From NCBI RefSeq assembly GCF_006345805.1, contig NW_021829570.1, forward strand, positions 1 through 5,846: a stretch of 5,846 nucleotides of DNA, read 5' to 3'. Shown piece after piece: positions 1 to 5,846 of this stretch. Source of the DNA: Octopus sinensis (lineage: Eukaryota). The notes under the pieces are model-generated. The model saw only the letters and a list, made by a program, of their open reading frames with translations, ran no database searches and was not told the origin of the DNA. Position 1 is the first letter of the stretch, and each line of letters starts with the position of its first letter. A program made the translations under genes and the position numbers.

Positions 1-270
1 ATCCTGGATTAATGATGTATTAAGAAATGGAAGTGAGGTAATCAAGATGAACTAAGTAGTTTCCTTAGGACATAGAATTTATACTATTTAATATAGGGAT
101 TAAAAAAAAAAGAAAGAGAGAGAGAATTTAATTCTAAATATGCAATGAAGCTTTTTAGTAATCTATGATTGTTGAATAAAAGCTAGTATGGTACATTCAT
201 TCTTATTTAGTTATAAAGAATTAGAATTTGAAAAATTTAGGAATGGTCACAATATTATTATTTAAAATAT

Positions 271-616
271 TTAAACGTACGGGTTGTGCGATGTATGCAA
301 GATAGACGGGGCTCTGGTGAAAATCCTCGGAGTGTCTGTTTCGGCAACCGGCGGCTCCTCGGTCGTTCTGTCCCTGCGTCGGCGGAGAATCTGCGGTGAA
401 CTGGATGTCTCTACATGCGGGATTGTTGGGGACCGCTTGTGAAATCCATATATTCTCTCGAAACTTCTTCCAACTTCTTCGAGATGCCTCGAGGGTGGTA
501 GAAGAAGCCGACTCAACGCGCCCAGGGTGAATATCGCCACAAGTACAAGTAAGTAAAGTGCCAGCGCCCAAACAGCTACGCCCAATCGTCTTATTCTGCA
601 CAGTTTTATCTAACAT
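271..616 (-). CDS. Candidate secreted prepropeptide (110 aa from CTG at 603; 114 aa from ATG at 616 if one A is removed from the A4 run at 604-607); no family recognised
   Basis: The frame is open from 609 to TAA at 273-271. From the CTG it reads (L/M)CRIRR-LGVAVWALALYLLVLVAIFTLGALS (basic n-region, long hydrophobic h-region, A-L-S cleavage motif), then RLLLPPSRHLEEVGRSFERIYGFH-KR-SPTIPHVETSSSPQIL-RRRR-DRTTEEPPVAETDTPRIFTRAPSILHTSHNPYV*. Hand count gives about 53% GC over 271-590 versus about 24% over 1-270, and the shift falls at this frame's stop codon. The track's 'M' at 585 is a TTG. Confidence 0.55.
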
Positions 617-630
617 TAACCAGGAATATC

Positions 631-650
631 CTGGATTATAAAAAAAATAT
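631..650 (-). promoter_or_regulatory. Possible 3' splice acceptor upstream of the candidate CDS
   Basis: Minus strand reads T8-ATAATCCAG|GATATTCCTGGTTA-ATG. The AG is at 632-631 and the exon would begin at 630, 14 nt before the ATG at 616. Confidence 0.35.
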
Positions 651-662
651 TATAATACTTTA

Positions 663-730
663 TTGCTGTTGTGTTTTACTACCTGGTAAACCCTAATAAG
701 AACAGATCTATGATCCAAGACATTTCAGCT
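663..730. mobile_element. Highly degenerate remnant of a short interspersed repeat with an (AAC/GTT)n end
   Basis: Loose similarity (roughly two-thirds of positions by eye) to the reverse complement of 3811-3860: TGTTGT..TTA..ACC.GGT.A.CCCT.AT. Confidence 0.3.
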
Positions 731-842
731 TTAAGCATTTAAGTATATATTTATTTAAAGATTGGATTATCTAATGAGATCGTCCTTGTTTTATATTTCT
801 AATCCCAAGCGATGGTTCTCCTGCATTCTAATATAAACTAAT

Positions 843-1141
843 TAGGAAATGTTATCATGTACATTATTTTGTCTTGGTATAAAAGATGGGCTACAGCAAA
901 TATTCTGCTCAGTACCACAGATTTGTTTGTCAGTTGTTTGACCTTAACCAGTTGAGCCTGCCCCTTGGTGGCTGACGATATGTGCAACTCTGATCACGAG
1001 CAGAAGTAGTGGAGAACAACATAGCCACGTGTTGAAAGGAATATTGTGGGGTTTGTACCCTTATCAGACGGGTAGTCACCATGGGTATATTGGGCTTCGT
1101 ATATTTGTACCCCAGTGTCACTTTGATGACATACCTGCTGA
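843..1141 (+). mobile_element. Retroelement 3'-end-like fragment, tandem copy 1 (internally deleted)
   Basis: 843-1057 aligns with 1142-1335 (both start TAGGAAATGTTATCATGTAC, 299 bp apart). 1058-1139 aligns with 1531-1612. It lacks the 195 bp found at 1336-1530 in copy 2. Confidence 0.65.
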
Positions 1142-1640
1142 TAGGAAATGTTATCATGTACATTGTTTTGTCTTGGTATAAAAGATGGGCTACAGCAAAT
1201 ATTCTGCTCAATACCATAGATTTGATTGTCAGTTGTTTGACCTTAACCAGTTGAGCATTTCCCTTGGTGGTTGACAATATGTGCATCTCTGATCATGAGC
1301 AAAAGTAGTGTTGAAAGGAATTCTTTGGAGTTGTAATAATCCACCTCTGGAAACATGGGTGTTTCATTCAACATCCTCAAACAAACCTTATTCAAGGACC
1401 TTTTGAGCGGGATGGATTACTCGATCAGAAGAAAATTCTAACTGGGCCCACTTGCAAGGTCATGTGCTGTTTTATCTTGATATAAAATCACCATGTTGCA
1501 CACATATGGTTGTGATGCATGCGTGGTGTACTCTTATCAGACGGGTAGTCATGATGGGTATAATGGGCTTCGTATATTTTACCTCAGTGCCACTTAGATG
1601 GCATACGCTGCTCTCTCACTCAATAATAATAGTAACAAAT
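1142..1640 (+). mobile_element. Retroelement (probably non-LTR/LINE) 3'-end-like fragment, tandem copy 2
   Basis: Homologous to 843-1141 and ends in CTCTCTCACTC followed by an (AAT)n-like tail at 1622-1640, as expected for a non-LTR 3' end. No coding domain is visible, so the class is inferred. Confidence 0.6.
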
Positions 1641-1673
1641 TTACGGTGGTGGAGACTAGTTGATTACATCGAC
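1638..1673 (-). mobile_element. Short degenerate remnant of the modular SINE 3' part
   Basis: GGAGACTAGTTGATTACATCGAC (1651-1673) matches GGAGGCCAGTCGATTAGATCGAC (4072-4094) at 19/23 positions and is preceded by a similar AAATTT motif. Confidence 0.35.
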
Positions 1674-1853
1674 TGTAAAATATAGACACGACGGTTTATG
1701 GTTATAACTCAGGGTTGTAATTTAGCGAAAAGAAATTAACTGACGGATCTCTGATATTACGTTAATGAGACTTGAATAATGATCACTTTTTTTTACCACA
1801 AAGAGAAAAAAGAAAGAAAAACCTTTCATACGAGCACTAGAAATGTATACTTA

Positions 1854-2008
1854 CTCTCTCTCTCTCTCTTCTATGTGTATATGTCTTCATACACCACACA
1901 CACACATACATACACACACACATATATATATACACGTGTGTGTATGATCATATACATGTACATATGTATATGTATATGTGTGTGTATGTGTGCATGTGTA
2001 TGTATGTA
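1854..2008. repeat. Compound microsatellite: (CT)8, then CA/TA and TG/TA tracts
   Basis: Read directly: (CT)8 at 1854-1869, CA-rich at about 1893-1932, TG/TATG-rich at 1935-2008. Confidence 0.95.
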
Positions 2009-2099
2009 TCTCGCTGTCACGTGTATTGGGCAGGATATTCTTGCAATAGCAACCCTACGTGAATCTCAGAATATCGGTTAGTGAAGGTCTTAGATTCCA

Positions 2100-2280
2100 A
2101 CACACACACCCGGGTACACACACCACACACACACACACATACACACACACACACACACACGTGTTTATATATATTTATAATTAATATATATATATGTGCA
2201 TATGTGTTGTGTGTGTATAGGTATGTATGTATGTATGTATGTATGTATGTATGTATGTATGTATGTATGTATATATACGT

Positions 2281-2311
<31 letters not shown>

Positions 2312-2333
2312 TATATATATATATATAATATAT

Positions 2334-2378
<45 letters not shown>

Positions 2379-2420
2379 CAAGAGTTATATATATGTATAT
2401 ATATATATATATATATAATA
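2100..2420. repeat. Compound microsatellite: (CA)n, (GTAT)13, several (TA)n runs
   Basis: (CA)n at 2100-2160, perfect (GTAT)13 at 2221-2272, interrupted (TA)n at 2273-2416. Confidence 0.97.
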
Positions 2421-2454
2421 ATGTATGTGAAATGTAATATGTAACATGATATAA

Positions 2455-2851
2455 GGCGGCGAACTGGCAGAAACGTTAGCACGCCGGGCGAAAAGCTTAG
2501 CGGAATTTCGTCTACCGTTACGTTCTGAGTTCAAATTCTGCCGAGGTCGACTTTGCCTTTCATCCTTTCGGGGTCGATTAAATAAGTACCAGTTACGCAC
2601 TGGGGTCGATATAATCGACGTAATCCGTTTGTCTATCCTTGTTTGTCTCTTCTGTGTTTAGCCCCTTGTGGGTAGTAAAGAAATGGGTATTTCTTCTGTC
2701 TTTACGTTCTGAGTTCAAGTTCCGTCGAAGTCGACTTTGCCTTTCATCCTTTTGGGGGTCGATAAATTAAGTACCAGTTGCGTACCGGTGTCGATATAAC
2801 CGACTGGCCCCCTCCCCCCAAAATTCGGGCCTTATGCCTAGAGTAGAAAAG
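2455..2851 (+). mobile_element. tRNA-derived modular SINE, two-core form (head, 184-bp unit, terminal core, tail)
   Basis: A-box-like TGGCAGAAACG at 2465-2475 and B-box-like GAGTTCAAATTC at 2527-2538. The core is repeated with a 184-bp period (TTACGTTCTGAG at 2518 and 2702). The tail is GGCCCCCTCCCCCAAAAATTCGGGCC...GTAGAAAAG. A possible 19-bp TSD lies at 2436-2454 / 2852-2870 (16/19 identical, in AT-rich sequence). It resembles octopus tRNA-SINEs as I remember them; the family name is unverified. Confidence 0.9.
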
Positions 2852-2855
2852 AATA

Positions 2856-3107
2856 TGTAATATAATATTAATAATATATACATGTATGTATGTATATATA
2901 TATATATGTGAGAAGAGAGAGAGAGAGAGTGAGAAGGAGGGAGACACGTGCGACATGTGAGTTCTGTCTGTATTGGCACGTGACTATCTGTGTATGCCTA
3001 TGCGCATTTGTACTTGTATGTGTGTTTGTGTGTTTGTTTTTTCCCTCTATCTTCCGGTTTGTTTTCTTCCCTTTTCTTTCCGCTAACCTATTTAAAAAAA
3101 AAAAAAA
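2856..3107. repeat. Low-complexity tract: (TA)n, (GA)n, GT-rich stretch, A14
   Basis: (TA)n at about 2856-2908, (GA)n at about 2909-2944, TG-rich at 2990-3035, A14 at 3094-3107. Confidence 0.85.
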
Positions 3108-3441
3108 GCAAATCTTTGCACGTGTCATCTATAATAAGAGAATGTAATTATCAATTATGCAGCAGTTCAACTGCTTACTAATATATACACTACACCCAAA
3201 TCCATAACCATCTACACCCTACACCACAATATAGAAATAACATCGGCAACACTACAAATGCCAGACACAGAACATCTATGCGTCGTTTGACTTACTAGAA
3301 ATAGCAGTAAAATTTGCTTTTCAATTCGCTCTACTTAGTCTTTGAAAATGTAAGGGAATTTCAGGTGGTGTAGCCACAGATTTATGCCTAAAAAACAGGC
3401 AGGGTGTACAAGTCTGAAACGTTTTGGATACAGCTGGAAAT

Positions 3442-3806
3442 CTGTGGAAGCGCAATGGCCCAGTGGTTAGGGCAGCGGACTCGCGGTCGTAGGATCGCGG
3501 TTTCGATTCCCAGATCGGGCGTTGTGAGAGTTTATTGAGCGAACACACTAAAGCTCCACGAGGCTCCGGCAGGAGGTGGTGGTGATCCCTGCTGTACTCT
3601 TTCACCACAACTTTCTCTCACTCTCACTCTCACTTCCTGTTTCTGTTGTACTTGTATTTCAAAGGCCGGCCTTGTCACTCTCTGTGTCACGCTGAATATC
3701 CCCGAGAACTACGTTAAGGGTACACGTTAATTTCACGAGCAGGCTGTTCCGTTGATTCGGATCAACCGGAACCCTCGTCTTCGTAACCGACGGAGTGCTT
3801 CCATCC
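3442..3806 (+). mobile_element. Second tRNA-derived SINE family, apparently full length, with TSD
   Basis: A box TGGCCCAGTGG at 3456-3466 and B box GGTTTCGATTCCC at 3499-3511 in a tRNA-like head, followed by about 290 bp of non-tRNA body. Flanked by ACAGCTGGAAAT (3430-3441) and ACACCTGGAAAT (3807-3818), 11/12 identical. The body is unrelated to the modular SINE. Confidence 0.85.
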
Positions 3807-3810
3807 ACAC

Positions 3811-3860
3811 CTGGAAATTATAATTCTGCTGAATCAGGGCTGACCTGGTGCTAAACAACA
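3811..3860. mobile_element. Remnant of a short repeat ending in (AAC)n; likely the insertion target of the 3442-3806 SINE
   Basis: TCTGCTGAATCAGGGCTGACCTGGTGCTAAACAACA; loosely similar in inverted orientation to 663-730. Confidence 0.3.
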
Positions 3861-4014
3861 GTCCTTTCAACTATAGACACAAGGCCTGAAATTTTATCGA
3901 GCCCAGAAAAGATGAAAGTCGACCGCGGTGGAATTTGAACTCGGAACGTAAAGACGGATGAAATGCCGCTAAGCATTTCGCCTGGCGTGCTAACGTTTCT
4001 GCCAGCTCGCTGCC
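3855..4014 (-). mobile_element. Modular SINE, single-core form with an internal deletion of about 55 bp
   Basis: Reverse complement of head (ends CTGCCAGCTCGCTGCC at 4014), core and tail. Compared with 4036-4190 it lacks the equivalent of 4067-4121. Confidence 0.85.
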
Positions 4015-4035
4015 TTCCTTATAGAGAGATCTCAA

Positions 4036-4590
4036 CTCTACTCTTGGCACAAGGCCCGAAATTTTAGGGGAGGAGGCCAGTCGATTAGATCGACCCCAGC
4101 ATGCAACTGGTACTTAATTTATTGACCTCGAAAGGCAATGTCGACCTCGGCGGAATTTGAACTCAGAACGTAACGGCAGACGAAATACCTATTTCTTTAC
4201 TACCCACAAGGGGTTAAACAGAGAGAGGACAAACAAGGACAGACAAACGGATTAAGTCGATTATATCGACCCTAGTATGTAACTGATACTTATTTAATCG
4301 ACCCCGAAAGGATGAAAGGCTAAGTCGACCTCGGCGGAATTTGAACTTAGAACGTAGTGGCAGACAAAATATATATTTCTTTACTACCCACAAGGGGCTA
4401 AACACAGAGGGGACAAACAAGGACAGACACACGGATTAATTCGATTACATCGACCCCAGTGCGTAACTGGTACTTATTTAATCGACCCCGAAAGGATGAA
4501 AGGCAAAGTCGACCTCGGCGGAATTTGAACTCAGAACGTAACGGCAGACGAAATACGGCTACGCATTTCACCCGGCGTGCCAACGATTCT
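4036..4590 (-). mobile_element. Modular SINE, three-core form, missing about 14 nt of the 5' head
   Basis: GTCGACCTCGGCGGAATTTGAAC occurs at 4140, 4324 and 4508 (period exactly 184). Tail at 4036-4080, head at 4556-4590. 4449-4519 is a perfect 71-bp reverse complement of 2540-2610. Confidence 0.92.
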
Positions 4591-4825
4591 TTTTCTACTC
4601 TAAGCACAAGGCCCGAAAGTTTTGAGTTTTGGGGAGGGCGCCAGTCGATTAGGTCAACCTTAGTACGCAACTGGTACTTAAATTATCGAGCCCGAAAGGA
4701 TGAAAGGGGTAAAGTTGACCTCGGCGGAATTTGAACTCAGAACGTAAAGACAGACGTTTTGAACTCAGAACGTAAAGACAGACCGGTTTCGCCAGGCGTG
4801 CTAACGATTCTGCCAGTTCTCTGTC
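4586..4825 (-). mobile_element. Modular SINE, single-core form with a 26-bp internal duplication
   Basis: Tail from 4586, core at 4640-4755, head to 4825. TTTGAACTCAGAACGTAAAGACAGAC occurs at 4730-4755 and 4758-4783; AGTTTTG is doubled at 4618-4631. Confidence 0.88.
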
Positions 4826-5063
4826 TTTCCGTTTAAACTAATATAATCAACACTATTCTCTTTAGTGTTTTGCTTGTACGACTGTTTGAAGTTTGAACGT
4901 CGGTCGGTTTTTTTCTTTCATTTTCATTGTCTTTGCCATTTCAAACTTTATTTTTATTTTGTATTTATTTAATTGTTTGAAAATGATGATGAGATGTATT
5001 AATTCACTCGGCTGGAGGCTACTGCTACCACGACGGTGGTGAACACATCTGTTTGCCACTTAC

Positions 5064-5107
5064 GAGGCGGCTGCCTTCCAACGCGTATAAATATTGCAAG
5101 TGGATGT
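5064..5107 (-). other. Possible 44-nt exon in a GC-richer island
   Basis: Minus strand reads TTGGCAG|ACATCC...GCCGCCTC|GTAAGT. The donor has a perfect intronic hexamer (plus-strand ACTTAC at 5058-5063); the acceptor has a weak pyrimidine tract. Confidence 0.25.
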
Positions 5108-5668
5108 CTGCCAATATTATATGAGCAGTTGAAAATGTAGATAGACAAACTTTTCCCCTACCCCCAGGAAATAGGGTGGACGCTTATACAATCTGAAAGT
5201 AAAGAAATAGCATTTTTCCGTGGGCAATCCGGATAAATATTAGTTTTTCGTGAAGTGCTGACACAGACGGTTGTTCCTTTCAGCAATCAATAATAATAAT
5301 GGTTTCAAATTTTGCACTTTGTGGGAAAATCTCACGAGATTTTGTAATTCTCACTTTCTATCACAGCCTTTAGTTCGTGCCCATACCACTTTTCTCTTGG
5401 TTTGAAACCACTCTGTTTTTTCTCTGTTTTTTTTCCCGCCCTTATTTTCGTATAAATTCGCCGCTTTCTTCCAAGGAATCTAATGCTCTTAGCTAAGTTT
5501 TTCTTTGGGGCTGGCCAGATTAGAGCATTCACGAGTATAACCAGCCGAAATTGCAACGCTAATCTGAAACTCGACTGAGGATAGAAAACTATATTGTTTT
5601 CTTTGTATCATCTATCTGGAGGTTTTGTTGTCCCTAACTGTCTGATTGTTTTGCGTTCCTGTGCCATT

Positions 5669-5759
5669 GATGACCACTATGTGGACAACACTTATTTCTT
5701 AGTGGTAAGACCATTGCGGATCCACTTCTAGCATAAGAGTTGTCCACATAGTGGTCATC
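5669..5759. repeat. 91-nt foldback: perfect 21-bp inverted repeat plus imperfect inner stem
   Basis: GATGACCACTATGTGGACAAC (5669-5689) is the exact reverse complement of 5739-5759. Inner pairings are CTTAT/ATAAG (5691-5695/5733-5737) and AGTGG/CCACT (5701-5705/5722-5726), closing a 16-nt loop. Confidence 0.9.
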
Positions 5760-5846
5760 CCCATAATATATATGTAACACATTTTACTGAGCCTTCAGAT
5801 TTTAATATGCTGGACCACTGGTTTTAAATTGATGTTAATCAAATTA

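Noticed and set aside
221-616. 131-aa ATG-initiated ORF as the true protein
   Set aside because: No recognisable features, and its last ~17 codons run into very AT-rich sequence, whereas the GC boundary matches the other frame's stop. Kept only as a possible overlapping regulatory ORF.
1-638. ATCCTGGATTA repeated at 1-11 and 628-638 as the TSD of a retrocopy
   Set aside because: No poly(A)/poly(T) next to either copy, and the first copy is cut by the window edge; plausibly chance.
930-1685. ORFs 930-1286 and 1452-1685
   Set aside because: Both lie inside the duplicated non-coding repeat and show no domain.
1779-3181. ORFs rich in YI/HT/CV/ER dipeptides (1779-2081, 2081-2437, 2744-3181)
   Set aside because: Translations of microsatellites.
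3446-3520. tRNA gene
   Set aside because: A and B boxes are present, but the acceptor and anticodon stems are poor and the sequence continues into a ~290-bp body flanked by a TSD, so it is a SINE head.
4140-4555. CRISPR-like array or ribozyme-bearing retrozyme repeat
   Set aside because: The whole 184-bp unit is repeated with no unique spacers, there are no cas genes, the context is eukaryotic, and no hammerhead core is visible.
2385-4734. ORFs containing RNWYLFNRP or KFRRGRL (2385-2600, 4214-4432, 4398-4670, 4459-4734) and ORF 3321-3608
   Set aside because: Incidental frames through SINE copies; their similarity reflects the DNA repeat.
4862-5059. 65-aa minus-strand ORF
   Set aside because: Runs through an AT-rich low-complexity tract with no recognisable features.
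4993-5124. Plus-strand frame ...GGYCYHDGGEHICLPLTRRLPSNAYKYCKWMSANII* as a Cys-rich peptide exon
   Set aside because: Short, no early ATG, no convincing in-phase acceptor and only three Cys; the same island is explained at least as well by the minus-strand donor.

Overview
AT-rich, microsatellite-dense animal DNA, most likely an octopus (coleoid cephalopod); this assignment comes from recognising the repeat families from memory and is unverified. Most of the window looks like repeat-filled intron or intergenic DNA. It holds four main copies (plus one remnant) of a modular tRNA-derived SINE with 1-3 internal 184-bp units, one copy of a second tRNA-derived SINE, a tandemly duplicated retroelement-tail fragment, and long CA/TA/GTAT tracts. 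The best candidate for new biology is a GC-rich island at 271-616 on the minus strand. It encodes a signal-peptide-like N-terminus followed by KR and RRRR cleavage sites, i.e. a possible orphan secreted peptide precursor. Its frame has no in-frame ATG as sequenced: removing one A from an A4 run joins it to an upstream ATG, or it may start at CUG. Also notable are oppositely oriented SINEs able to form long dsRNA and an unexplained 91-nt foldback near the right end. Most ORFs in the supplied track are artefacts of repeats.
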